Positions 49,401-62,332 are shown, counted from the stretch's first letter. The stretch: DNA of 64,000 nucleotides from Sphaerodactylus townsendi (GCF_021028975.2 NC_059430.1:44268001-44332000), one strand, 5' to 3'. The notes: generated by a model not told the origin, from the letters alone. Made by a program: numbers and translations.

Positions 49401-52400
49401 GATAGAGACAGATAAATCTCTCTGGGGAGGAAGTTCCAAAATACTGGTACCATGATAGAGAAGGCCCTTTATTGAGTCCCTACCTGTCTGGCCACAAATA
49501 GTGGGGGCAACTGAAGCAGGGTCTCCAAAGATGACCAGAGTGTGGAGAGACATTTGTATGGGAGAAGGTGATCCTTAAGTTTGCATGGAGCTCATAACAT
49601 GGTTTGAGATAGTAGCATCCCATAACACCCCAGCTTCTGCTTAGTTTGATCTGATATCTTCTTGATTATTTACATCCTGTTATTTTAGCAGATATTTTGT
49701 TTCATTGAGTAATGACCATATATAAGGGAAGGATTGGATCAGAACCTGGAAAACTAGACTTCTTTGATTGATGGGATGGCAGAAAAAGGTTCTTTTCTGT
49801 CAGTTTTCAGTCAGTAATACCCCCTTAACACTGACAAAGGAGATCTGGAACCTTAACCAAAGTCAAATCACCAACCTGGTTCCATTGCAGTAAGCACTTG
49901 ATGAGGTTGACTACAACTTCATCTGTGATTACTAAGCATTTTCCAGCTTGTTGAATGCATTAAAAAGAAAGTTTTCTTAAAATAGAGGAAATAGCTTGCT
50001 TGCTTCTTCCTTCTTTTTCAAAAAGTTGATGGGGAGTTCAGTATAGTGTATTTTTCTGTTTGTAGCTCAACATTTGCAGGATGCTCTTCAGAAAGCCAAG
50101 GGGATAACCATAATCTCTACCTACAGATCATCAGCTTCTTGGAAAACCTGTTTTTTGCTAACACTCAGGTAGGACTTTGCACCATGTTTGTTATAGGACA
50201 GCCTGTTCTCTGTTTAAAAGTCACTCCTAGGTCTGAACATTAACACAAATATAACAAATGAGTGATCAATGCTTATCATTTGAGATATAGTTTTCAATTT
50301 CAAGGTTGCATTTAAAGTCTTTCAGGAATGCTTCAAAGTTATAGCTGTATATATTTATCATGTTCATTTTACATCTGCTGGTTTGTCTCAAATATCCCCC
50401 CTCCCCCCAATGGCATGAGGGCTTCCCTGAATGCTCTGTGCAACTGAAGGTATGGGGCTGAACTGGGCTTTTTATCAGAACTACATTATATATCAATAGT
50501 ACATTGCATCTAAGACACAGCACTGGCTTGGAATTCACCTTCAGCTGAGCAACATGGAACCATCTTTGTAAACCTTTATTTTCTGCCTGAGCACTGGTAT
50601 GGCCAAATGAGGTTATTCTCACCTTAGCATCAGACTTGTAGGCTTGTATTTTTTTCAGATCCATCCACCTCTGTAACAGCTCCTCGTATTCAGATTCTTG
50701 AAGGAGAATAGTTAGCTCAGGTAATTGTGAATTGCAGTGTGCTTAACTAGGAATAAAAACAACCCAAATTGTTTGGACATAGTCCCTTATATCTCAATAG
50801 AGAAATAATAGAAAGGTTCTGTCTCAGTTCGCCCATCACAATCTGATTCTATTTATGGAAACAATTTCAGCCCAGTGTTGCCTGTTTGAGCTTTGAGATC
50901 ATATAAGGAAGATAACATATAGGAATAACCACAAGGGAAACTCTTCCAAGTCAACACACCCTACTAACCAACAGCTTATGTTGGCCACTAGGAGCACTCG
51001 AGAGCTTCTTCTGATTTTTAGTGCAGCTTTAATTTCCTTAACCGAGCAGTGGGTGAGGGCATGCTGCCTGGATTATGGAGAAATTAAGAATAGGAAATTG
51101 AGTTTAAATGGCAATAACTAAAAGACTGACAGGATAAATTGACTACTCTGTATGTTGATGACTAAATCTACCCATCCCTGCCTGATTTACTTATCACAAT
51201 AAAACTGAGATTCAGCATCCTTTAATTGGGCAGGATTAGCAGGTTTCCAGTTGAGAGGAAATGGGATAGACAGAAAGCAGCAGCAGGAGTCCTTGTTTAT
51301 ACTTATTAAAACAAAAATACTGGTAGCGCCCAGTTTCCTTTAGATAACTGCAGCGGAATCTGCCTCAATAAAAGGAACACATATTTTCAGAGAGAGTTTC
51401 GGTTTCAGCCGCAGCTTTGTCTTTACCTACACCTCCATTAAATATTTCCCATTATCACTGTGTAGCAGGCTGGGGTAAGGAGGTAAAGTCTTTGGGACTA
51501 GCTAGGTGCATTAAAATCTATGACAATCTGTTTGTGAACATGAAAGGATGGAAAGAACGCTGCCTGGATTCCAGAAATAACATAATGAAAATGTACAGCA
51601 ATATGAAATCCAGTACAAATGGGGCAACTAAAATAATTAGGCAATGGAAAATGAAAGACTTCTGAGGCTGAAGTTTTGTAGGTTAGGTAGAAGATTCCTT
51701 TCATGAGGAGGTGCATGACAGGAGCTTACAAAATGACAGTCTGGAGAGACTGGAAAAAATTTCAGGGCTCATGTGCTGTTATTATGATGTGAGCTGCCAC
51801 AAGCCCAAAAAGGGAGGGGTGGCATGGAAATCTAAATAATAATGATCATGATAATAATTAATTTAGCTCAAGAAAAATAAAAGGAAGTACTCATCTCGTT
51901 TATGCTTCACACCATTGCCCAGGTAAGTGACAGAGGCCTGTTCAAAATTTGGTGGGAACTTGAAAAGCAGGCTGAGTCACACAATAGAAAGAGATGCCCC
52001 CTTCCCACAAGTGCCATCTTCCATCTGCAAATAGAATTCCAGAACCTTTGTTAGGAGGGAAGTTGAGCATATTAAAAAAGAGTTGGCAGTCATACTAAGG
52101 TCACATCCAACAGCACACTAGACAGACCATTTTAATGCCTGTAAATCTTTAATGGTGCTGAAAAAAATCTTACATCTCTTCTCAGCTACCAGTAAATTGG
52201 TTGAATTGCATCCAGCACAACTGTTTAGATTAACTCAGTAACTGACAATTCCTAGGAGCCAGCATTCAAATCTTGGCAATTTGACATTTATCTATCATAA
52301 TTTTGCTTTGATTCTTTGATGACAAAAACTCTCAGATCCATTCTGATCTAGCTGCCAGTTTAATCCGTAGGTGGCAGAGGTACTTGGATCTCTCTGTTTT

Positions 52401-54018
52401 GAATTTCCTAATCAATGTCGATTCTCATCAATGGAGTGAGAAAGCCACTATTTGTAGTTTAGACCCATTTTCTTGACTTTTAAAATATTGCAGAGGGTCC
52501 TGGGTCCTGTAATAGTGAAGTTTATCAATGCTGCTTCGATGGAAAGGATTTTCCTAATTCCCTTAGAAAATTATTAGATCGCTACTCAAGAAGGGTATCA
52601 CAGATAAAGTCAAATTACTAAGGTTTGAATCCTGGCTCCAATTGCCCAATTAATCTAAATAACTGCACAGTGAATTATGGACAGAGGAGGGACAGATTTA
52701 AAAAACCCTGCTGGGAACAGCAATATTTCTGCATAGGGACAACAAACAGGGCGAGGCAGCCTTTCAAGGATATGGGCCCTGTATACTGGAAGGGCTGCCT
52801 CTCCGGCTTTTTTAGTTGCTTGTTTGTAATGATAGAAAATGGCTCCCACCTTCCTGGCAGTTTGGCTGGGAATAAAACCAGAATGATTCTATAGAACTTT
52901 TGAGGAAATAAGAGTCAGAGCAAAAAGGGAAATGCTTTCTAGGCTGCCGATACAGTTCTTATGTTGATGAATTTAATATAGATTTAATCTTTATTTTAAT
53001 TTTTAAAAAATAATTAAATATTAAAAATTGATTTATCAATGTTATAAATACATGAGGGGCAAATTGAGCTTTTTGAAGCATCAGACACATGCAGGAAGGA
53101 ACCTCTGTGTCCAAAGTATGATTAACAAATGCTTTGGACAAGCAGAAGTCTGCTATTTTTATCATGCCCTGCTCATGAACTTCCTAATGCATCTCAATGG
53201 CCAAATCCAGCAGGGTATTTCTGGTTTTTCAGTTGACAAATGAATCCATTTCTGAAAGATTTTGGATGAAGTTTTTGCCATACCTTAATATAAATGTGGT
53301 ATAACAGCAGATAATAGAGTTTGTTCATTCTGTGAACAACCACTTGACCAACCTTATGCTGGAAAGGAAACAGTAGCATGCAAAGGATTATTTACTTCCA
53401 ATAATCAGAAGACTTTCCTTGGCATTTGCTAGGGTACCCTTTTGATTAAAGAGGAAAAAACTCACAAATCGGCATCCTGCGAACTAAAGTTCAGCTAAAG
53501 AAAATGCTGGAAGCTCCCAACAGTTTTCCCCTGTCTTAATAATCAGTTTTGTTGGTACTTTTATATAGTTTGCAACAGAGCAAACAGCAGTGCCCTGTGT
53601 CTGTTCCAGGTCAGGAAAATGGCATGAAAGAAGGCTGAAGCTCTCCCCCTCCCCTTTCACTGAAGTTCCAATCGGAATCAGGGGCCCCAACGCACCTGAT
53701 TTTTAGACAGCAGAGAAACATGTATATACTTCCCATTGGGTTAGATAGTTGAGATCATAAACTTTTGGACAGCGTGCAAGACAAAAGAACAAGCTTGCTG
53801 TAGATACTTTCTATACTCATGATATACTTTAAACTTTTTATATTTATTGTAGATACTTTCAACAACACACACAAACTTTATCCTGCTTTTCAAATCCATT
53901 TTCTAAAAGAAATTTCATTGCAGTTTCCCTTTGTGACTTGCAGGAGGACATTTTCCAGTTAGATTATGAGACTGTGATGTTGCAATGCACTGAGACATTT
54001 GACGATGAGGATTTGTAG
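37477..54018 (+). CDS. STRA8: STRA8, stimulated by retinoic acid 8 (meiotic initiation factor, bHLH-like); 348 aa
   Basis: Coding exons 37477-37668, 38045-38120, 40713-40797, 41187-41339, 43898-44183, 47475-47551, 50066-50168 and 53944-54018 sum to 1047 nt with consistent phases. Motifs: KRRLSQARHRATLAELFKNLR, SSPDLMEFERYLYFYKQTIDLL, STPEEILFEDAFDVAS, and C-terminal MLQCTETFDDEDL-stop. Confidence 0.96.
38652..38802. repeat. ~150-bp fold-back element (probable MITE)
   Basis: ~52-bp near-perfect arms plus an inner TTTTGTTTCCC/GGGAAACAAAA stem. Confidence 0.8.
38988..39123. mobile_element. Small hAT (Tip100-like) MITE with a duplicated left end
   Basis: CAGTAGTGGGATTCA start; GTGG(G/A)ATTCAAATAATTTAACAAC occurs twice; TSD (G/A)GTGAAAG. 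Confidence 0.75.
39440..39892 (+). mobile_element. Non-autonomous hAT element
   Basis: CAGTGGCGTAGCT / GGAACGCCTCTG ends; exact TSD CTAGACAG (39432-39439, 39893-39900). Confidence 0.88.
42160..42390 (+). mobile_element. Diverged CORE SINE
   Basis: tRNA-like head and ctcagcct.ac.tacctcaca...tgtgaggataaaatgga. Confidence 0.7.
42552..43513 (+). mobile_element. Probable solo LTR in a STRA8 intron
   Basis: Begins TGTTACCCA and ends TGAGTAACA (8/9 inverted match); TATAAA at ~43045; AATAAA at 43401; no TSD found. Confidence 0.5.
44325..45752 (-). mobile_element. Composite hAT element (longer relative of 39440-39892) with nested MITE pieces and an internal minisatellite
   Basis: Exact TSD GGCACAAG (44317-44324, 45753-45760); terminus duplicated at ~45618-45642; MITE cores at ~44485-44710; repeated gatttaaagggagaatctg units at ~45030-45350. 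Confidence 0.85.
46745..46937. mobile_element. hAT (Tip100-like) MITE
   Basis: CAGAGGTGGGATCCAA / TTGGATCCCACCACTG ends; TSD GATAAAC(A/G). Confidence 0.85.
48646..49102 (-). mobile_element. Non-autonomous hAT, same termini as 2160-2808
   Basis: CAGTGATGGCGAACC / GGTTCGTCATCACTG; exact TSD CTATAGAT (48638-48645, 49103-49110). Confidence 0.9.
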
Positions 54019-54599
54019 ATTAATGTGCTTCCACTGAATTGTTTAATGACCCCTCACCCATCACAGGAAGATACGTTGCATCCATTTCTAGGAATTTTTA
54101 CTGTTTGAAACTATTGTTTGCATTGACTTTGTTTTTTTATCAGTTAAATTATTGCTGTACTGCAGTTTGATATTTATAAAGTTTTAAAGAAAATTTATGT
54201 CTGAAATTCAATGCTGATTTGTGCAAAACATGTTTGTTGAGAAAAAATGACCGTAATTCTACAGGTACTCTGTTTTTGATAATTCGTACTATGCCTTGAA
54301 GACGAGACAGATTTTTTATTTAAGCATCAGTTCGAATAATTGGGATAGGTGACTGCTGGAGCTACTACCTTGGCCTGCCCACATCAGTGACTGACCTCCA
54401 TGTGGTCAGTTCCTACCATTACCAGCACATTTCTCCTCAGCTGAGCTCCAATAGTGGGAGTGACCTTGCCTGGATGAGGGGAAAAACAAATAGTAAGTAC
54501 ATGCTGGTGTTTGTGTCCCTCACCCATATACCTCTTTTGCTCTAAAAATCAGGAAGTAATTGAGTTCGATCCAGCAACATTTTAAGAAGAAGCAAAATA

Positions 54600-54990
54600 A
54601 GAGTTTGGATTTATAGCCTGCCTTTCTGTCCTGTAAGGAGTCTCAAAACGGCATACTAACTAGAGTGTTGTGAGTTTTCCGGGTTATATGGCCGTGTTCC
54701 AGTAGTATTTATTCCTAATGTTTCGCCTGCTACAGGAACACAGCCATACAACCCGGAAAACTGTCAACACTAGTGATTCCGGTTGTGAAAGCCTTCAACA
54801 AGGCATACTAACTCCTTCCCTTCCTCTCCCCACAACAGACACTTTGTGAAGTAGGTGTGGCTGAGAGAGTTCGGAGAAAGAACTGTGACTAGCTCAAGGT
54901 CACCTAGCAGGCTTCATGTGCAGGAGTGGGGAATAAAATCCAATTCACCAGATAAGAGTTCACTGCTCTTAAACACTACACCATGATGGC
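54600..54990 (-). mobile_element. CORE SINE interrupted by a Penelope-like fragment (54662-54801)
   Basis: The insert resembles the 8279-8507 arms and is flanked by a 12-bp duplication GGCATACTAACT (54650-54661, 54802-54813). Confidence 0.75.
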
Positions 54991-55243
54991 TCTGGTAGAA
55001 GACGGTGTTTGCTGTGTTCTCTGTACTAGCAGTCCCTTTCAACTTCAGGAAAATATATCCTTGAAGATTTGCGTGGACTAAGAATGGGGGGGGGGTTTGA
55101 AGTAAGAAAAAGAAGCAAGGCAAAATTGCCCCCATCTCTGTGAACATATCCACATGGGTCAAGGAACCCTAGAAATCATCTTTCTTGAGTTGGAAGGAGG
55201 AGCTATTGAAATGATAAAAATTCATCTGCTGACTGCAGTGGTG

Positions 55244-55606
55244 GGCCCATTCCGCATGGGCCAGGGAAGCGGCTGCACACCGGCATATATGATGCCGGTG
55301 GAGCCCCGGGGCTGTTCACATGTTCCACTGTGGAGGCACTTTTGCACAGAGGCGCCTCCATGTAAACTTACCTTTTCTTCCCTGCACAGCACTGCAGGGA
55401 TGGGGGTGGGGGGCAAAAAGCGTGCCCCTTGCCCCTGCAGGACTGCTTGCTCATTGAGTGAGTTTCAAAAACAACATTTTCCCACCAGTTCGGGGGGAAA
55501 GCATGGCACTGCCTCATTTTGGAGGCAGCAGGCATATGAACAGTGCCCCAGGAACGATGTTTTTACTGTTCCTGGGGTCCTGTTTTTGGCCCATGCGGAA
55601 CGGGCC
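55244..55606. mobile_element. PIF/Harbinger-like MITE
   Basis: 20-bp TIRs GGCCCATTCCGCATGGGCCA / TGGCCCATGCGGAACGGGCC; 3-bp flanks GTG/ATG. Confidence 0.7.
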
Positions 55607-56384
55607 ATGGATCCAACCCATTACATCTAGTTTGGCCCTTCAAATGAAACCAAAAGTTGCAAAAATCTCCAGGAAACATTCTGGACATCAAATCTCAAGC
55701 ATACTAGGATAAAATATATGTACAGATAAGGTTATGGGATATTTTTGTACAAGGAAGTCTTAAATTGTGCAATTCTTTTATGTGGTAATCTGTCTTTAAG
55801 GCTAGAGGAATAGGAGTTCCCTCCTGTATGGAAGAGTTGTTCTTTATTTTATAAATATACCTCTTGGTTTCCCAACCTTTAAAAAATGTAATGTAAACAA
55901 TTACCTCAGTTGCTAAATCCAGAAATAATCTGGTTCTACTGGATTATTTTAAGGAAAGTCCTGAAACCAGCGTGCGTCTGTCTGGATCATTTCCAGAGTG
56001 GAGTTCCCTAATTAGGCAGGCGGGGCAGGACTCACCCCACACTACTGCCATCATTTCCTTTTCTCTTTCTAATGTGTAGACAATGAATTAATAGAATACT
56101 TTGTTCTAAACCAGGGATAGCTTCATGTAGTGAGGATCAGTGGTGTCAGTTTGTATGGGAGGATGAAACTCAGCAGGTACTGCATTGTAATTCCACCATG
56201 GCACCCAACTACTAGCACCCTCCACCCTGAACTACTCCTACCTTTCTTGATAAAGCATCTTCTTCCCCAATCCTAATAGCTTAATATCCTTGTTATCAAA
56301 GATAATTTTGTTAAGCTTTCCACCCCTTCCTTCATGATTGCAAATGTAGGCCAATTGTGAATAGTATTATGTTCTGTAATAATT

Positions 56385-57100
56385 AGTATTTACAAAATTT
56401 ATGTCCCACCTTTCTGACCCATCAGGGACACCAAGGCAGCTAACAGTTAAAAACAAAACACATAATAAAAGCAGAAGTAAAACACATACATAAAAATATA
56501 AAACCAACAATTATAGGGCAGGAAGGAGAGGTTGTTGAGGAAATGACAGACCAAACAAAAAAGTCTTCATACACTGACAGAAGACAGTGATAGAAGAGGG
56601 TGAATGAACATCTCTGGGATGGGAATTCCACAGTTTTGGTGTCATGACTGAGAAGGCTGTCTCCAAGGTTGCCATCCAACTAACAACAGAAAGCACAGAA
56701 CCTAAAACCAGGCCTCAGGATATGGTCATAGTGGTCAGGTTCATATGGAAGTAGGTGGTATTCAAAGGTCCCAAATTCTACAAGGCTTCAAAGGAAAGTG
56801 TCTGCACCTGGAAACAAATTGGAAATCACTGAAGAGGGACCATGAATGGAGTGATATGGTCCCTGCAACCCACTCCAGTCAACATTCTGTACCAGTTGAG
56901 GTTCCCAAGCATTTTCAAGAGCAGCTTTACATAGAGCACACTGCAATAATCTAGAGACTACTATGGCATGCACCACAGTGACCAAGTCTTTTCAGCCCAG
57001 ACAAGGCAGCAGCTGACTAACCAGTTGACTCTGGTAAAAGGCACTCCTGCTCATGGCTGAGCCCTGCATGTCAAGCAGTTAGGCTTGAGTCCAGCATTTT
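56385..57100 (-). mobile_element. Degraded L2 LINE 3' fragment; similar pieces at ~47010-47420 and ~49190-49580
   Basis: The minus strand gives L2 ORF2-like remnants (TVVHAIVVSRL; AFSVMTPKLWNS) plus an L2 tail. Confidence 0.65.
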
Positions 57101-57101
57101 A

Positions 57102-57398
57102 CAGAAGAAGAAGAAGAGTTTGGATTTTTATCCCCCATTTCTCTTCTGCACGGAGACTCAAAGGGGCTTACAGTCTCCTTTCCCTCCCGCCCTTACCACA
57201 AATATCCTGTGAGGTGGGTGGGGCTGAGAGAGCTCCAAAGAACTGTGACTATCCAAGGTCACCCAGCTGGTGTGTGTTGGAATGCACAGGCTAATCTAGT
57301 TCCCCAGATAAGCCTCCACAGCTCAAATGGCAGAGTGGGGAATCAAACCTGGTTCTCCGAATTAGAGTGCATCTACTCTTAACCACTATGCCACTGCT
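57102..57398 (-). mobile_element. Squam3-like SINE, full length
   Basis: Reverse complement of the 34717-35013 copy, with a (GAA)n tail. Confidence 0.87.
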
Positions 57399-57556
57399 GT
57401 TATCAGTGAGCCAATTCCTTCAGGGAGAATACACCACCATCTAGTTCAGGAGACACCTTAAATCCCAGGTCAATTGTACTGCTAATTATTTCATAACTAT
57501 GCTACTAGTATTCAAATGAAATTAGTTGCAACAGCCTGATTCTGAAGCATATAGTG

Positions 57557-57704
57557 CAGGGGTAGGGAACCTGCGGCTCTCCAGATGTTCAGGAACTACA
57601 ATTCCCATCAGCCCCTACCAGCATGGCCAATTGGCCATGCTGACAGAGGCTGATGGGAATTGTAGTTCCTGAACATCTGGAGAGCCGTAGGTTCCCTACC
57701 CCTG
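57557..57704. mobile_element. Palindromic hAT MITE
   Basis: TIR CAGGGGTAGGGAACCT; TSD ATATAGTG (57549-57556, 57705-57712). Confidence 0.92.
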
Positions 57705-58124
57705 ATATAGTGGTAGCCACTTAATAAGAACAGCTGTTTCCTAGCCTTGAAGATGGAATCTCAGGAAAGCCCACAACATCCCTGATCTTTTGTTTCACAT
57801 CCCTCCATTACATGGCAGTAGGAAAATAAATGTTTTTAAAAAGAAATCAATAGTAGTTTGAAGAGAGTTTGTTATGAAGAAAGGAACTATCAAATAATCG
57901 GAGGGGAGGGGCGCTTTTCTTTACTTCTGCTGTCATTTTGGGAACAAATAGGGATGATGCGGTCTGAGTCCACTAATAGAAAATGGCTTTGGGAACAGTC
58001 CAAAATGGATCCAGCAGATTCCACTGCACTCCTTGACTGGGCCTCTTTAGGCATGAGTGCTTCAACTTAATTAGGAGAGGAAGGTTTCCACAAAAGTATT
58101 TTCCTACTGGGTTTTTATCCAGTG

Positions 58125-58686
58125 GCTAGTACATAATTCCCTAAGAAATGGTATGTCCGACGAAACCCCAGCCAATGGGTGAGTCTTGAATCCCCATTGA
58201 TGGGTGACATTCCATCCAAATGACCTCTCCAGCAAGCCGGGGTCACCCTTCCCCCACATCCTGTCCCAGCCCTTAAACATCTACCCAGCCCAGCAGGAGA
58301 GCACTCTCCACTCTGGACCTACCAGCGGCCATCCCTCCCCTCTCCCGCGACCAGCCCCCAAACACCTACCCCACCTGCTGGGAGATCATCCTCCCTGCCA
58401 GGCTCGCCAGTGGCCGTCCCATTCCCACCTCCCCTTTCTCCCAGTCACAAACACCTACCTGGCTTTCCACTGCTTCTGCCACCCCCCACCACTTCTGCCA
58501 CCCATCACCACTTCTCTCATTCTCCCACTACTGCCACCCCCCTCAAGCAGCTTTCAGCAATAACCAACACCAGTGGTGGGGGATGGGGGAGGTGAAGCAG
58601 AACCCACTGCAGGGCAAAATACTTGCTCACCCCACCTCCCTTTTCTAGAGCCCATTGCATCCCCCCCCAAAGGGCTTTACTGTTAG
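58125..58686 (+). mobile_element. Second, diverged Helitron-like element
   Basis: 3' end TTTTCTAGAGCCCATT...GGGCTTTACTGTTAG|T parallels 37295-37343; similar 5' segment and C-rich body. The 5' boundary is approximate. Confidence 0.6.
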
Positions 58687-59799
58687 TTCTAAGATATTTA
58701 CCTAAAAAGGTAAATATAATTTATAAATATAACTTTGCAATTTCACATACCTTTACAAATCTGTTAGAACAAAAATTTTGTTTTTTTAAATGAAGCATAC
58801 TAAGCTTTTTTAAAGATGTAAACTACCCAACACACCAGTTGTACCTCTTCAGTAAGTATCCTGCTATTTCTCCAGGTAAGCTATGGTGAAGAGGCCATAG
58901 GAACTGCATCCCAGAAATGGAAAAAGAATCTAGGAGAGGCAGCTTCCAACATCCTACCTATAATCTGCAGAGTGCTTATTAACTGGACGCTCTCAGAATA
59001 TTATTGGCAGCAGGAAAATGGCAGTTTGCATTGTTTCAGTCCTGTGCGTCTCATTTTCAAAGCTTTACTCAGAAACATCTGAACATACATAGGCCGGGCT
59101 CCAGTTGACTCAGAGTTATTAATGGCATGCAAGCACAGCAAGAGTGATAATTGTATGTGTGTTGGAAAAAACTCTGCATTTCCTAGAATCTCAAATACCT
59201 TTGTTCATTCCCTTTTTTCATGTTCTTTACAGGTCTGTGAAATAAATTAGGCAACACCTCTGAAATTCGCTGTATTGTTTGAGTAGTTAGTTTTTAAAAA
59301 CCCAGACAAGTCTGAATCATGAGTGTCCCTTGTATTATAACTGGTTCAAACATGGGCACATGAGACACTTCAAACATATACTGTACTCCTACCTACAATC
59401 ACAAATGGAGTTATCATGCATGGACTGGTCAATATTCTATGATGAAATTGTAGACTATATTAAAATGCTGAACTTCATATTAAAAGTAGGGTTCTCTCTT
59501 CAGTCATTGTACTGTGTACACAATCAGGTTGGTTTGAAGGTATAAAAAAGACATTTTGTCCCATTAAACTGCATTTTAGTTCATTAAATTTGCATGTGAA
59601 TAGGCATGTGTAGAAGGAACTTTTTAAAGATGATGTACATGTCATCAGGTGCCATCTTAGAAGAGCTATACCTCCATGTCAGAGACAGGAGGAATTCCTC
59701 TTGTACAGATGATGCTGCCTTGCAATAAGTCAGTCCTTCTAGAGAGCCATCTACCAAAGTTAGTGTTGTCTATTCTGACTAGCAGTCCTCTTATGGATA

Positions 59800-60510
59800 C
59801 ACCAGGAAACAAAAAGTTGGAATAAATGGAAAGGTCTCTCAGTGGAAGGGAATAATCAGTTGGGACTTGGAGCTATTTAATTTGTTCTGAAATGATCTGA
59901 ACTGGGGGTGGGGTGAGCAGTATTGTGGCCAAGTTTGCAGAAGACACAAAGTTATTCCAGATGATGAAAACCAAGGCTGACTGAAGAGTTCCTGGAGGAT
60001 CTCCACAAATATGCAAATGAAGTTCCATGTAGGTAAGTGTAAGGGTGGTACTCACTGGAACAAAAGAAGAGTTTGGATACTCATTGGAACAAAAAATACC
60101 AACTTCAAGTATGTGTTAATGGTGTCTGAGAGTGAGCAGGAAACAGATCTTGGGTTTGTAGTGGATAGCTCAGTGGAAGTGTTAACCCAATGGGCTCCTG
60201 CAGTGAATAAGGCAAACTCTGTGCTGGGGATTACTGGGATAGGGATTGAAAACAAAATGGCTAATATTATAATGCCTCTGTGTAGATCTACAGCATCATC
60301 TCATTTGGAATACTGTGTGCAGTTCTGATCACCATATCTCAAAAAGAACACTGAAGAGCTGGAAAAAGTACAAAAGGGCAACCAAGATAATTAGCTCTAA
60401 AATCACCCTCCCCATGAGGAAAGGTCTCAGATTTTTCAGTTTAGAAAAGACTACTGAGGTTAGGACATGTGTCAGATTTATAAAACTGTGTATAAGGTGT
60501 GATGGACTGC
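59800..60510 (+). mobile_element. CR1 LINE RT fragment (degenerate)
   Basis: Remnants KFAEDTKLF, QMKFHVGKCK and HLEYCVQF, with frameshifts. Confidence 0.85.
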
Positions 60511-61990
60511 ACAGGTAAATAAGGTTTGGAAGTTTAGCCAAAAACAAAGTGTAGTCACGAACAGTGCAAGAGAGAGAAAAACGTTCTTGTAACTGGACAG
60601 CAATCTAGGTAAGCTGACCTGTGCTTTGATTGATGGAGCAACCAGCTGACTAATGGAGGAGATATTTCTCTGAGAGGGAAAAGACTGAAAGCCTTTTCGA
60701 TTTGAATTCCTGTGTGTTAGCATCAAGTGTGTGTGAACATCTACCTTGAGAGGATTTCAGTCAGAGAGTGAATCTGATCTGCTATATGGTGTGTGTCAGC
60801 ATATGCTGAGAGCAGAAATACACAGACAAAAGAACTGAAAGTTAGTTTATTGGTCAAAGTAGAGGTGGAATAATAGAGAGAGACTTTCTATAGTGACCAT
60901 AAATAAAGGGTGAGGGAAATGTATCTTCCAGGAGTTAGAAGAATTCCCAATTCCACAGATTTCTATTTATTAATTTTTTTTGTCTTTGATTACAAAATAT
61001 GAGCGGAAGGGAGTTTCTAACACATGGATGATGCACAAGCAGCAGCTAGGGCTGCAAGAATGCAGTTTTGAAAAAAAAACTGGACTTGCATAGCTCAGTT
61101 ACATATAAGAACCAAGTCCAGCCAGCCCGTGCTTCTCAAACAGGTACAGTGGGTACAATTCTTTATGGAGAACAGTAGAGTAGGCAGAGTCTCACCATGA
61201 ACCAGGCTGGGAACACCATTCAGCTATGTGAGCAAAGACTAACTGAATCAGTATAGTTGTGCATATGAAACAAGTGAAGGCAAATAAACCTGAAATACAA
61301 GAATGGTTTTGTATGGGTATTCTAAGCGGATTGTTATTGCAGGGGATGGACAGATAGGCAAGAAACATCATCGCTTATGCTGAGAGGGCTGCTCGCTTAG
61401 CAGCCTCCACCCTTCAGTCGAGCAGGAAGGGGCATGCAGAGTCACAGCTGATCAAACCATTTTTCAGGAAATAACAGCACCCAGTTGTATGAAACTTACG
61501 TGTAGAGAAGTGGAAAATGTAGATATGCAGAGAGCACCATCTTTCCCATCAAAATGGATAGCATTATAATGTAATCATGTGCTGAACTGTCTACCAAATG
61601 AGCAAAGATGGGGTCACAGCAAGAGGCCTCTGCTGAATGATTTGACAAAATGAATAGGAACAGTCAACTCAGACTCTGGAAGGAAATGTTCTGTTTGCAT
61701 ATTCATAGATTACATATTTGGGGCATGACTTGAGTGAAGTGGGGATTTCCAAAAAGAGAAGAAAGGGATAGAAAACAGCCTAAGAATTTTGTTGAGATGT
61801 GGTTTTATTTAGATATTATTCCTATCAGGTAATTTTCGTAGGAATTTTAAAAAAACATTACATACATTGAATAAGCAAAACAAATTATTCCTGTAGTCAC
61901 TCAAAAGAGACATGGCCTTTTTGAGCATTAGTGTCCATGTTTCAGCATCCCCACATATGATCCCAGGCATCTTGGAAGATACCTCCAGAT

Positions 61991-62113
61991 CAGGGGTCTG
62001 CAACCCGTGGCTCTCCAGATGTTCATGGACTACATGCAATTGGCCATGCTGGCAGTGGCTGATGGGATTTGTAGTCCATGAACATCTGGAGAGCCGCTGG
62101 TTGCAGACCCCTG
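61991..62113. mobile_element. Palindromic hAT MITE ~220 bp past the SLC23A4 stop
   Basis: TIR CAGGGGTCTGCAACC; TSD CTCCAGAT (61983-61990, 62114-62121). Confidence 0.9.
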
Positions 62114-62332
62114 CTCCAGATAATACCAATAGTAATATATACCTCAAACTGACATATTTGCTGCAAAGAAATTGGCATGCTCAAGATCACACAGTGACTT
62201 TATTGGAACAACCTGCAGAAATGATGTTTGTCAACATCTTGCTTTACATACTGCCCCAAAGACCTGAGGTCACGTAAAACAAAGGTGCCACTTCAACAGA
62301 TTCATAGTGCACATTTGCCTGCTGGAATGGTC

